Shown here: positions 48,961-58,782 of the stretch, piece by piece
How the letters are laid out: every line of letters starts with the position of its first letter
Numbering within the stretch: the first letter of the stretch is position 1
NCBI GenBank assembly: GCA_043798915.1
Contig: JAZDOG010000002.1
Location: forward strand, 712-64,711
Direction of reading: 5' to 3'
DNA from: Pseudomonadota bacterium
GTDB lineage: Bacteria; UBA10199; 2-02-FULL-44-16; JAAZCA01
Length of the DNA: 64,000 bases
Translations under genes and position numbers: made by a program
Notes under the pieces: model-generated
What the model was told of the DNA's origin: nothing
The model's input: only the letters and a program-made list of their open reading frames with translations
Database searches by the model: none

Positions 48961-51900
48961 TCACCACGTCTGACTGATGGGGAAATCCTTCCAGATGTTC
49001 TTGTACTCGTTCACCTTTGTGACGGTGACTGGAATTCCTACTTCCATCATGTTTCTCAACTCTTGGGCCGAAACAAGATGATCCTGGTCGACCCTGGCCC
49101 GCAGGTCGGCCATCGGGTTGATGGCGTAGCTGATGTCGACGCTTGTCGGATTTCCAGAGGCATCGACCATCACCTTCATGACAGAGGCCCCGAAGGGGTG
49201 CTGGACCCAGTTTCTGAAGATTCCGCCGCTTGCCGTCGGCTCGTAGAAGATAGAAACATCGCTTCTGCCCGCCATTCCTGCAACTATTCGCGCAGAACCG
49301 ACAAAGACCTTCACATCCTTCCTCGAGAAGAGGACGTTGAGCGTGCTAAAGTCGGGGTCTGCGTTGGACTCCAGGGCAATGGTGCGCTGTGCCCCATTTG
49401 AGTCCTCATCTCCCATCCTCTTTCCTGCCTTATTCAGGTAGTCCACGGGATGCGTGTGGAGGATGAAGGTGTGCTCGTTTCCAGCGCTGCTGACGTAACT
49501 CAAATCACCCATGCTGATATACGGGACCGGCTCTCTTCTGCCATAGTCGTATTTGAGAGTCACGCCGACCTCGCGCATAAGGCCCGTCTCGCCTATGAAG
49601 CGCGCGAACTGAACGGCGCTCTGCGGGTCGGAGGCCATGCGATGGCGGAATGGGCCGAAGTATGCGGCGACGATGGTGGAACGCTCTTCAGGCGAGGCGC
49701 TCCGGAAATCCTCGCGCATCTCGCTGGCATGGGGCGACCTGCTGAAATTGTCGAAATTGCGCCTTATGGCCTCCTGCGCGCCGGCATAATCGCCTTTGGC
49801 GACCGACGCCTGGCCGAAGGCCCGCTGCACGAAACCGCCAACGTATTCGATCTCTTTGACTGTCGGCTCGCCATATATTGATCTCCCCTCCTTCACATTG
49901 AGATACATGCGCGCAAACCTGTAGCGCCGCTGTAGCGACGGCCGATACGCTCGCCCGCCGGCATGATCCCGCTCATAGGATTTGAAATGTTCTCCGGTGA
50001 AATAATTGTGTTCATCGCCGGACCAATCATTCCCTGCCACTTGATCGCACACCTCCGCCATGTGTTTTTCCACGAGCTCGCGGACTCCGCCGCCGCTCGT
50101 CACATGCTCCAGGGGGAGCCCTCTCTCGAGGACGCGATAGACCGTCTCCTCAATCTGCCCGGCGGTATACATCTGGCCATCGGAGCCTTCTATGCTCCCG
50201 CCATTCTTTTTGAAAAGACGGCGCAGTTTGGTCAGAAATTTCGGGTCCAGAGACGTCGTCTTTGTGCGCGCCCCTTCAAAATAGAGCCCCCACACCTTCT
50301 GTTGCAGCCCTAGGTCCTGCGAAATGGAGTTGGCCGTATCGACTATGTCTTTGACCCGCGCCCCGGACTTCGGATCGGCGCCATTCAATTTATCGAGGAG
50401 CTGAGCCTCCCTCGCCGCGAACGAGAGGGGCGAGTTCAGGAGCGCCCTTTTCACGTCGCCTATTTTGACAGCGCCCTCTATCACCGACTTTAATTCGATA
50501 GCCGCGCGCAGGGCATGGTATTGGCTCTCCTCCTTTGGCGCATTCCTCTGAAGGGCATGTTTCGGTTGGAGCTGTGGTTCATATCCGGAAGGCAGCTGCC
50601 GCTTCATCGACGCGCTGGCCTCTCCGATGAGCTTGAGAAAAGCGGCACGCACCGGGCGGGAGAGGGAGTCAGACGAAGCGTCGCCGCGCAGGCATGCGTC
50701 CATGCTGGCGATCTCACGCTGCGCCGCAAAGGACAACTTCCCCTTCTGTTCGCCCCCAAGCGCTGCCATCTCCCGAAGCGATGGAAGATCGCCGAGCGCC
50801 TTTTTCAGCGAAGGGATGTCGGCGGCCGCTGAGATATTTTTCACGGCGATGTCGGCAGTCGCGGAATGCCCCCCGCTCGACCCTGACAGGCTATTCAGCG
50901 CTCCGTCGAGGAGGGTGGGTGTGCGCACAGCAAACGTATATTGCCACACTCCTCCCCCAGCAGTATCGCCGGGGACGATCTCATGCCACTGGCCCTGATC
51001 CAGCTCCTCATACACGCCCTCATGACCGATGAAGAACGGTTTATTTTCGGGGTGCAAATCAACCCTGCAGTGTTGCGGATTTATCTTCTCATGGTCCACG
51101 TCCGCCGGGGCGCGCTGGTCCATTATGAAATATCTGCCGCCGGCCTCCCTCTTGATGACCATCGGCAGCGCCTTCCCATTTTTAAAACGCAGCTGCGCCT
51201 GGCCGTTGGCGTCCACTGGTTCAAATGCTGGAGCTGCGCCATAAAGGGAATAAAAAACAGGTTCCCATTCCCGCAGAGCCGATTTCGGCGCCGGGGGCTG
51301 CCACATCCATCCAAACTCGACGCCGCCCAGGCTGACGACGTCCCCGTCTAGGAGTTGATAGGGCCTGTGCTCCACGGCTATCCTCGAACCGTTGCGGATT
51401 ATGGATGTGCCGTTCGTGCTCTTCTTGTCTCCGGAACCGTCGCTTATCCAGTAGCTCCCGTCCGAACGATGCTCGATCGTCGCATGCCGAGCCGAGACCA
51501 CATTGCCCTCATTGTCAACGACCTGCAGCGCCCCATACCGATCAGACCGTCCGATGACGGCCGCGCCTTCGCTCGCAATATCGACCGCCACCGACGAACC
51601 ATTGCCTCCCCTTCTGATCAGCCGGTAAGAGCCGCCGGTCAGCTGAGGGAGTGCAGCGTTCACCGGGCCGACCGGACCAGCCTGTATCGGCAACTGCTGT
51701 TTCTCTCCGGCTTTCACGTCGGAAGGCGGAGGCAACACGAGAAGAAACTGCGTGAAATCATCTTTCTCTTCCCCCGCCGCAACAATTGCGCGGCCCTTTA
51801 TGATAACCCGGTATCTTCCGGGGGCAAGATCGGCCCCGAGAACTCTGTCTTTGATGTCCTTATCGTTCTCGGACGGAATTTTCTGGCCCGTCGCTTCATC

Positions 51901-54879
51901 CTCGATGGTGACCCTGTTAATTTTGTTGTTGTCATGGGTCAGACGCCAGCCGTTTGCCTCGCGCCTGAGGGTCAACTCCTTGCGTGAAATATTCTCCGGC
52001 GCACCTTTGATGACCGCACCCGGGCCGACATTGGCCCCGGATTTGCCGGCTCGGCCTATCGTCATCTCCGCAGCATCCTGCGGCACATCTATCGTCATTT
52101 CCGCAGCATCCTGCGGCACATCTGCGGCCTGACCCGTCCGTATGGGCAACGGCTGTTTCTCTCCGGTTTTCACATCGGAAGAGCGAGGCAGCACCAGAAT
52201 AAACGACGTGGAGGTTTTCTCTTCCCCGGCCTCACGAAGCAGGTCGCGCTCCACACTGCGGCTGCCTTTTATGCCGGTCACATCCACCCTATCTATCTTC
52301 TGCTCCGAAGTTATTGCGCGACCTTCTACGACGATCCGATATGTCCCGCCGGGTTTGAGGTTGGCCACAAGAGGCGCACTCGCAAGCGGAATGTCTCGGC
52401 CCGTCGCTTCGTCCACAACGGCGATCCTGTTAAATTTGCTGTTGTTGTGTAACAGATGCCAGCCGTCGGCCTCGCGCTTGAGGGTCAACTCCTTGCGTGA
52501 AATATTCTCCGGCGCTTCATTTATGACTGCACCCGGGCTGGCACCGGCATTGGATTTACTGGCCCGACCTATAGTCATCTCTGCAACACCCTGCGGCACC
52601 TCTATCATCCGAAAACGCGGAGCCAGGACCGGGCTGCGCTCACCACAACGCGAAGACTTTGACGTCATTGATCGCAGGCTGCCGATGTACCGGGCGCGAG
52701 CTTCCGGAGTGACTTCGAGAAACTCGGCGCCATCGAACGTGAACGGCAGGCCGGCGCGCCCCAGGATGTCGTTGGCCTTGAGCACAGTATCAGCAAGTGT
52801 TCCCCTTCCCTTTGCAAAGTCCTTGCCGAGCTTGACCATGGCCCTTGCCGAAATTTTATCCTGCACATGCGCCATGTAGATATTCTGCGCCAGTGCGTTT
52901 GCGAAATCGGCGTTGCCTCCGGTCATCCCCTTCGCGATCCTCTGTGCCGCCTTTATGACAGATGCCGACCGTATCTTGGCCGCCGTGCGGTCCAACTTTC
53001 CGTTTGTGGCAACATTCGCGAGCCTCGCCGCCGCCTGGAACTGGATGAGTTTCAGCGCCTCGTCGATAAGTTTTGGAGACTCCTTGTGCAACCCGAGGCC
53101 GTATCCGGCCCAGCCGCCGGCATAGAAGGCTCCGACCTGCGAGGCAAATTCCGTCGCATTGAAGAGCGTGCCGCCAAGGCGGCCGAGCGCAGGCACCGAC
53201 TTCCCAGCATACATGACAGGGCTGGCCCCGGCCCTCCCGAACGCCTTGCTCTTCCCCATCGCGCGCCGGAGCGGCTGAAGCGGCATATTGGTCGCGCGCA
53301 GGAATCCGAAGCAGAGCGCGAGCGATGCCCAGTCTTTGAAAATAGCGCCGGCGCTCCAATCCACATTCTTTGTGGTCAGCGCCCCGGTCAGGACCCGCTG
53401 ATAGAGCGTGAATGCCCCCGCATCGGCTATCGACTCGGCGGCGCCCACGCCCCTGACGGAGACCAGGTATTCGCCGAACCCGGTCGTCGCAAGGCGCCCC
53501 ATGATAGCCGCCGTCGTAATCCTCGCGAGGCCGTAGCCGCCGAGCATGATTGCAAGATTTTCCGGATCGGCGGCGCCGTGCAGCGTGTCCCGCACTGTCA
53601 CGAACGTCCCGCGGTCCTCGAACTCGCTGGATATCAGGCCGGCCATGCCGCGCCCGTATTCGGGAAGTTTTCTGTAGGCGTTTGCGACAGCCAACACCTC
53701 GGCCTTCCCCTCTTCGCCGGCATTGGCGTTTATGGAGGCAAGATCCCCTGCGAGACGTTTCGGATCGGGGTGCTCGTCCTGCCTGATGAGCGCGGCGAGC
53801 GTCACGTGGTTGTTGATGATCTCCGCCCCGTACAATAAATCCGACAGCTTGCTCCCTTCGGGAACCGCGTCCTGATAGCCGCACATGAACGCTATCCCAC
53901 GGCGACCCTCCGGGTCATTCTTCCAGATGTCCTCAAGGATCGCGCGCGTCGAGTCGAACTGTCCGCCTTGCCACCTCTTTGCCCACCCGTCGATTGCAGC
54001 CCTGTATGCCTTCTTCAAGGCGGAAAAATCCTTGCGGAGGATCCTTCCGGGAAAAGATTTTTCCGTGTCCTCCATCAAGGCGATGTCGGTTCCGGCAAGA
54101 GCATCAGCGGCAGACAGCACATGCCCCATCTTCTCAATTCTGTGGTATCTCTCCACATAGCCGGTGAGGATCGCGCGGCCGGAGTGCTTTTCCGGAATGG
54201 CCTTGAGGAGGGACTCCACTCCGGCGACGTTTCCGTCGCCCATCGCGCGCAGGGCAAGATAATAAGCGGCGTCGTCATTCCTGCCCGCGCCGCGCGCCGC
54301 ATCGACCATCAGCTGGTTGCAATGCCTCTCCTCGCGCGAGAAACCCAGCAGCGTGAAGATCTGGCCTGCCTGGCCGCGCATCCATTGCGCCATGTCGTAG
54401 TCATATGGCTGGCCGGACTTTTCCGCCTCCGAAAGCCTTGAAAGGAGATCCAGACCCGCCTTGTAGAATTTTGCGCGCGAAGGATCGTCCGCGTCTGCCA
54501 CGTGGCGCGGCGTGACGATGTTGTAGAGGCCGTAATCATTTTTCAGCCTATCTGGATACTCGAAGCTCTTGCCTATAAAATCTTTGAACGTGGCAAATCC
54601 ATGCGTCTTTTGGAAGATTCCGAAGCCATCGATGACATCGTAACCCTCAAGGCCGGATTTCGCCTTGCCGAATTCCTTCTCCGTCAGGGCTCCATCCTTG
54701 TCGCCGTCCAGCATCTCAGCCAGCGACGGTTCCTCGCCGCCAGCGATATCTGCCCGGAAATAGCGAATCGGGCCTTGATGATCGGACCAGTCGTTGCCGG
54801 GAGGCGCCTGCTCGGGGGTCGCCCCCTGCCCATTCGGCTTCAGACCCGGTTTTATCGGTATGTCGCCCCCACCTCGCAC
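48961..54879 (-). CDS. Giant ~1970-aa protein with FHA/FHA-like domains and a JAB-like C-terminus
   Basis: Long ORF; GGAGGT RBS before GTG 54879; canonical FHA (VIGRS...VSARHATI...STNGT); duplicated FHA-like modules; E...HTHP...FSxxD near the C-terminus. Confidence 0.8.
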   Translation of the reverse strand: MRGGGDIPIKPGLKPNGQGATPEQAPPGNDWSDHQGPIRYFRADIAGGEEPSLAEMLDGDKDGALTEKEFGKAKSGLEGYDVIDGFGIFQKTHGFATFKDFIGKSFEYPDRLKNDYGLYNIVTPRHVADADDPSRAKFYKAGLDLLSRLSEAEKSGQPYDYDMAQWMRGQAGQIFTLLGFSREERHCNQLMVDAARGAGRNDDAAYYLALRAMGDGNVAGVESLLKAIPEKHSGRAILTGYVERYHRIEKMGHVLSAADALAGTDIALMEDTEKSFPGRILRKDFSALKKAYRAAIDGWAKRWQGGQFDSTRAILEDIWKNDPEGRRGIAFMCGYQDAVPEGSKLSDLLYGAEIINNHVTLAALIRQDEHPDPKRLAGDLASINANAGEEGKAEVLAVANAYRKLPEYGRGMAGLISSEFEDRGTFVTVRDTLHGAADPENLAIMLGGYGLARITTAAIMGRLATTGFGEYLVSVRGVGAAESIADAGAFTLYQRVLTGALTTKNVDWSAGAIFKDWASLALCFGFLRATNMPLQPLRRAMGKSKAFGRAGASPVMYAGKSVPALGRLGGTLFNATEFASQVGAFYAGGWAGYGLGLHKESPKLIDEALKLIQFQAAARLANVATNGKLDRTAAKIRSASVIKAAQRIAKGMTGGNADFANALAQNIYMAHVQDKISARAMVKLGKDFAKGRGTLADTVLKANDILGRAGLPFTFDGAEFLEVTPEARARYIGSLRSMTSKSSRCGERSPVLAPRFRMIEVPQGVAEMTIGRASKSNAGASPGAVINEAPENISRKELTLKREADGWHLLHNNSKFNRIAVVDEATGRDIPLASAPLVANLKPGGTYRIVVEGRAITSEQKIDRVDVTGIKGSRSVERDLLREAGEEKTSTSFILVLPRSSDVKTGEKQPLPIRTGQAADVPQDAAEMTIDVPQDAAEMTIGRAGKSGANVGPGAVIKGAPENISRKELTLRREANGWRLTHDNNKINRVTIEDEATGQKIPSENDKDIKDRVLGADLAPGRYRVIIKGRAIVAAGEEKDDFTQFLLVLPPPSDVKAGEKQQLPIQAGPVGPVNAALPQLTGGSYRLIRRGGNGSSVAVDIASEGAAVIGRSDRYGALQVVDNEGNVVSARHATIEHRSDGSYWISDGSGDKKSTNGTSIIRNGSRIAVEHRPYQLLDGDVVSLGGVEFGWMWQPPAPKSALREWEPVFYSLYGAAPAFEPVDANGQAQLRFKNGKALPMVIKREAGGRYFIMDQRAPADVDHEKINPQHCRVDLHPENKPFFIGHEGVYEELDQGQWHEIVPGDTAGGGVWQYTFAVRTPTLLDGALNSLSGSSGGHSATADIAVKNISAAADIPSLKKALGDLPSLREMAALGGEQKGKLSFAAQREIASMDACLRGDASSDSLSRPVRAAFLKLIGEASASMKRQLPSGYEPQLQPKHALQRNAPKEESQYHALRAAIELKSVIEGAVKIGDVKRALLNSPLSFAAREAQLLDKLNGADPKSGARVKDIVDTANSISQDLGLQQKVWGLYFEGARTKTTSLDPKFLTKLRRLFKKNGGSIEGSDGQMYTAGQIEETVYRVLERGLPLEHVTSGGGVRELVEKHMAEVCDQVAGNDWSGDEHNYFTGEHFKSYERDHAGGRAYRPSLQRRYRFARMYLNVKEGRSIYGEPTVKEIEYVGGFVQRAFGQASVAKGDYAGAQEAIRRNFDNFSRSPHASEMREDFRSASPEERSTIVAAYFGPFRHRMASDPQSAVQFARFIGETGLMREVGVTLKYDYGRREPVPYISMGDLSYVSSAGNEHTFILHTHPVDYLNKAGKRMGDEDSNGAQRTIALESNADPDFSTLNVLFSRKDVKVFVGSARIVAGMAGRSDVSIFYEPTASGGIFRNWVQHPFGASVMKVMVDASGNPTSVDISYAINPMADLRARVDQDHLVSAQELRNMMEVGIPVTVTKVNEYKNIWKDFPISQTW
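52057..52122. repeat. 33-bp tandem duplication (DVPQDAAEMTI x2)
   Basis: TATCGTCAT(C/T)TCCGCAGCATCCTGCGGCACATC twice, one mismatch. Confidence 0.9.
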
Positions 54880-54931
54880 TCGGACACCTCCCCACAACAA
54901 CGTGGAAGACTACGACACTCCACTGTCTCTA

Positions 54932-54960
54932 TTATCGGCTGAAAAGGGGGCAAGAGTTGC
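54932..54960 (-). promoter_or_regulatory. Sigma28 (FliA)-like promoter for the giant gene
   Basis: GCAAC-N16-GCCGATAA on the - strand; the -10 box matches the sigma28 consensus, the -35 box is non-canonical. Confidence 0.55.
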
Positions 54961-55000
54961 GCGACTTGAAATTATTAAATATTTTCCTGCGGGGTTTGCG

Positions 55001-55471
55001 CTATTGCGAGGGACATTGGACTGAACCGTCAGGCTGCGGCTCGCAGCCAGTGATCGCCTTTCCGCCCTGGTAGCAGACCAACTGCCCGTCGGGAAGATAT
55101 TCACATGAATTGTCAGTGCCAACAGCGGAGGCCTCTTCACCGTCTGTGTTATTGACTCCGGCCTGCGCAGGAGGAGCGGTCTGCTGTTGTGGCATTCCGG
55201 GCTGGGCAGCGCCGGGTGCAACGATCTCCTGTGGCGTCCCCGCTTCAGGAGCCGTCGCCCCATTCATTTCTTCTCCGGTTTCATCCACTGCCACACCCAC
55301 AAGCATGGGCCCACCGCATCCGCCACTGGACTGGTCGGCATTGGCTGCATCGCCGGACTGGTCCGCCGTTGTTGCGCTGCCGGACTGGCCAGTCTTGGCC
55401 GCATCCTGGGCAACCGCTATGGTGCCAAGAACGGAGACCGAAATTAATACGATAATGATAACCCGCAACAT
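55001..55471 (-). CDS. Putative secreted low-complexity protein with two Cys-hairpin repeats
   Basis: Signal peptide MLRVIIIVLISVSVLGTIAVA-Q; ADQS repeats; CEYLPDGQLVC and CEPQPDGSVQC. Confidence 0.65.
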   Translation of the reverse strand: MLRVIIIVLISVSVLGTIAVAQDAAKTGQSGSATTADQSGDAANADQSSGGCGGPMLVGVAVDETGEEMNGATAPEAGTPQEIVAPGAAQPGMPQQQTAPPAQAGVNNTDGEEASAVGTDNSCEYLPDGQLVCYQGGKAITGCEPQPDGSVQCPSQ

Positions 55472-55744
55472 GGTTGAGCCCCCCCAAAGCATTCTATGCA
55501 TTAATTACTGCAAAATTTGTGCCGGAATGGATAAAAAGACGAAATACATGTTAGGGTGTATCTAGCTGATATAAATCAGATATTTCGGGAGGCAATTTTC
55601 TGTTTTGGCAAATGCGATTATCAATATGGGAATTTCTCAAAAAAGCGTCAATAAATTGACGATTTTATGAAACAAATAGAAAAAAGATAAACAGGCCGGC
55701 TGAAATTCTTGCCTTTTCGGCAAAAATCGTTTCTAATTGCGGGG

Positions 55745-57292
55745 ATGAGTCCACTTCCCGTCAAAAAGATCGTCTTCATCGAACCCAAATCGCCCGGCGA
55801 CCATATCTATACAAAGTGGGGTCTGCCGCGGCTGGGCACGCTGCAGCTCGGCACGATACTCAAAGAGGCCGGCTACGAGGTGAAGGTCTTCCTCGAGGAC
55901 ATCCGCGGCATCGACTTCGACGAGGTCTTCGAGGCCGACGCGGTCGGCATCTCGACGATCACCTCCACCGCCCCGCGCTCATATGAGATGGCCCGGCAGA
56001 TACGCATGGCCGGCATACCGGTCTTCATGGGCGGGCCGCACGTCTCGTTCCTTGCGGAAGAGGCTCTCGATCACTGCGACTTTGTCCTCCGCGGCGAGGC
56101 CGACGACACGATCCTCCCGTTTATCAGCGCCCTTCAATCGGGCGAGGGATTTGAAGATGTCCCGGGCCTGTCGTGGCGGAAGGATGGCAGGATTGAGCAG
56201 AACCCTCTGCCTGAATTCTGCAAGGACCTGGACCGCCTGCCCTTCCCCGACTTCAATCTCGTCTCCGGAAGCAAAAAATCAACGGGCGATTCCACGATCA
56301 CGCCGATGATGACCTCGCGCGGCTGCCCGTTCGGCTGCAACTTCTGTTCGGTGACGAGGATGTTCGGCCGCGGCTATCGTTTCCGATCGGTGGACAACGT
56401 CATGCAGGAGCTTCGCGAGCGGAAGCCCGAGTGGGTCTTCTTCTATGACGACAACTTCGCCGCGCGGCCCGAGCACACGAAGGAGCTCTTGCGCCGGATG
56501 ATCGCCGAGGGCATCACTCCCAAGTGGAGTTCGCAGATGAGGATAGATGTGGCGAAGGACTTAGAGCTCATGGATCTCATGAAGCGCTCCAACTGCTCCT
56601 ACATCTACATCGGGCTCGAATCCGTCAACCCCAGGACGCTCGCAGCCTTCAACAAGGGCCAGACACCCGAGCAGATGGAGGATGCGATCCGCATCATCAA
56701 CAGCTACGGCATCAACATACACGGGATGTTCATCTTCGGGGCCGACCACGACGACGTCGCCACGATCCGCCAGACGGTCAAATTCGCCAAGAAAAACCAG
56801 CTCGCCTCAGTCCAGTTCATGATACTCACCCCCCTGCCCGGAACGCCCGTCTTCGAGCAATTCGAGAGGGAGGGGAGGCTCCTCTCGCGCGACTGGAGCT
56901 ACTACGACGCCCACCATGTCGTCTTCGCGCCCAAGGGAATGAGTTTCCTGCAGCTGCAGAAACAGACCCTGAAGGCGATGCTCAAGTTCTATTCGCTGCC
57001 GCAGATATTCCAGCGCCTCAACCGGTTCGATATATGGACGATGATCGTGCGCGCCTACGGTTGGAGGATGACGCGGAAGACCCGGCACAACATGCGCGAC
57101 TTCGTGGCGCACCTCAAAGAGCTCTATGCGCAGGCCGGTTCGGGCCTCTCGACAGCCAGGCACAGCGTGGAGCTGCGCGCGCGCAAGGGCTCGGACGACA
57201 TCAAAGAATATTTCCACTCGATAAATATCGACCGCATCCGCGCCATGAAGCAGGAACGCATCAAGCAGTGGCGCAGCTCCAATCAGCGTTAA
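55745..57292 (+). CDS. B12-binding radical SAM protein
   Basis: PRLGTLQL, MGGPHVS, TSRGCPFGCNFC, YDDNF, IGLES, LTPLPGT. Confidence 0.9.
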   Translation: MSPLPVKKIVFIEPKSPGDHIYTKWGLPRLGTLQLGTILKEAGYEVKVFLEDIRGIDFDEVFEADAVGISTITSTAPRSYEMARQIRMAGIPVFMGGPHVSFLAEEALDHCDFVLRGEADDTILPFISALQSGEGFEDVPGLSWRKDGRIEQNPLPEFCKDLDRLPFPDFNLVSGSKKSTGDSTITPMMTSRGCPFGCNFCSVTRMFGRGYRFRSVDNVMQELRERKPEWVFFYDDNFAARPEHTKELLRRMIAEGITPKWSSQMRIDVAKDLELMDLMKRSNCSYIYIGLESVNPRTLAAFNKGQTPEQMEDAIRIINSYGINIHGMFIFGADHDDVATIRQTVKFAKKNQLASVQFMILTPLPGTPVFEQFEREGRLLSRDWSYYDAHHVVFAPKGMSFLQLQKQTLKAMLKFYSLPQIFQRLNRFDIWTMIVRAYGWRMTRKTRHNMRDFVAHLKELYAQAGSGLSTARHSVELRARKGSDDIKEYFHSINIDRIRAMKQERIKQWRSSNQR

Positions 57293-57298
57293 AATTTG

Positions 57299-58483
57299 TC
57301 AGAGGTCGCTCAATTTCAATCTCCTTATCCGCTCCGCGGCAAGCCTGCACTGCGGAAGCGCAGGAACGAGAGCAAGCCGCACGAATCCCTCGCCGGGGTT
57401 TATGCCGGCCGCGGGCTCGCTCACCCAGCTGCCGGGTGTGGCGACGATTGCGACCTCGGGATCGAGGAGCCGCTTGGCAAACTCGACCGAACTCACACCT
57501 TTCGGAATTCGCTGCCAGATGTAGAGCGTGGCCTCCGGCCGGCACTCAGGAAGGCCTGCGGCGACGAAGGCGTCGACGATGATGTCGCGCTTCTTCCTGT
57601 AGAGTGCCCTCAGCTCCTCGACGTGCGACTCGTCCGAGAGCGCGGCCGCGGCCGCATCCTGTATGAACGTCGGCGTCCCGGAATCGATGTTAGTCTTGAG
57701 CTTCTTGAACGCCTCCACGATCCTCGAATCGCCGGCGATCCAGCCGACGCGATATCCAGTCATGCAGCTGCGCTTCGAAAGCGAGTGAAACGCTATCACC
57801 CCTTCGCGCGCAACCTCGAGGATCGACGAAGGGGGCTCCCCGTAGTAATTCTCTGTGTAGGCCTCGTCGGATGCGACGATGATTCCGTGCTTCGCCCCAA
57901 ACTCGGCCGCTCTTTTGAAAAATTCGCGCGGCGCAACAGCGCCCGTCGGATTATTGGGATAGTTGATCCAGATGATCCTGGCGCGGCGGAGGGCGTCATC
58001 GGGAATCGCTTCGAGATCCGGCAGGAACCCCCTCTCCGGCAGGAGGTTCATGTAATGGGCCTGGCCCTCCGCAAAGAGCGTGCCCCGCGCGTAGGGCGGA
58101 TAGCCTGGATTGGGGACGAGGACGACGTCGCCGGGGTTTAAGATCGCCTCCGGAAAGTTGAAGACCGCTTCCTTGGAGCCGATCGTCGCGCTGATCTCCT
58201 TTTCAGGATCGAGCTCGACTTTGAACCTGCGGCGCATCCACGCCGCCGCGGCCCCCCTGAACTCGCGCGAGCCTGCGTAGCTCGGGTATCCGCCCGACGC
58301 GCGCGCATCCACGGCGCGCTGAATCGCGGCGCGCACAATCTCCGGGGTCGGCTCGGTCGGATCGCCAACGCCGAAGTCGATCGGCTCGATGCCTTTGGCT
58401 TTCAGCTCCGCGACCCTTCTGTCGACCTCGGCGAATGCATAGCCGGAGAGCCCCGCAAGACGTTCCGATAATGTTATTTGCAT
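57299..58483 (-). CDS. Class I/II PLP aminotransferase (LL-diaminopimelate aminotransferase-like)
   Basis: FGVGDP, GSKEA, NYPNNPTG, DEAY, SLSKRSCMTGYRVG, GEGFVRLAL. Confidence 0.88.
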   Translation of the reverse strand: MQITLSERLAGLSGYAFAEVDRRVAELKAKGIEPIDFGVGDPTEPTPEIVRAAIQRAVDARASGGYPSYAGSREFRGAAAAWMRRRFKVELDPEKEISATIGSKEAVFNFPEAILNPGDVVLVPNPGYPPYARGTLFAEGQAHYMNLLPERGFLPDLEAIPDDALRRARIIWINYPNNPTGAVAPREFFKRAAEFGAKHGIIVASDEAYTENYYGEPPSSILEVAREGVIAFHSLSKRSCMTGYRVGWIAGDSRIVEAFKKLKTNIDSGTPTFIQDAAAAALSDESHVEELRALYRKKRDIIVDAFVAAGLPECRPEATLYIWQRIPKGVSSVEFAKRLLDPEVAIVATPGSWVSEPAAGINPGEGFVRLALVPALPQCRLAAERIRRLKLSDL

Positions 58484-58575
58484 GCGCTGAGTTTTAGGGG
58501 GGAAATGTGAACATGTCAACGCCGGAGAGATATTTCGCAATTGCTTTTATTCCGATTAATTCCTAGTCTTTCCGC

Positions 58576-58782
58576 GTGCGCGAAAATAAAGGGAAAGCTG
58601 AGCGGGCCGCAAAAAAATGGGGGATCGATATCTCCTTGATCGAGGCCAATTTGGAGAGAACTCCTGACGAACGTCTGGAAGTGCTGCAGCAAACCCTGAA
58701 CACCATTTTCGAACTCAGAAAGGCCTGGAATCGTGCTCAACGCAAAAGGCATCCTTCAGAGGCTTCTGGAAAACGACATTGA
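58576..58782 (+). CDS. Small hypothetical protein paired with the downstream nucleotidyltransferase
   Basis: GIDISLIEANLERTPDERL motif; overlaps the next gene. Confidence 0.6.
   Translation: MRENKGKAERAAKKWGIDISLIEANLERTPDERLEVLQQTLNTIFELRKAWNRAQRKRHPSEASGKRH

Noticed and set aside
58536-58560. Second sigma28-like promoter (GCAAT...CCGATTAA)
   Set aside because: The spacer is only about 10 nt and the -10 box is imperfect.
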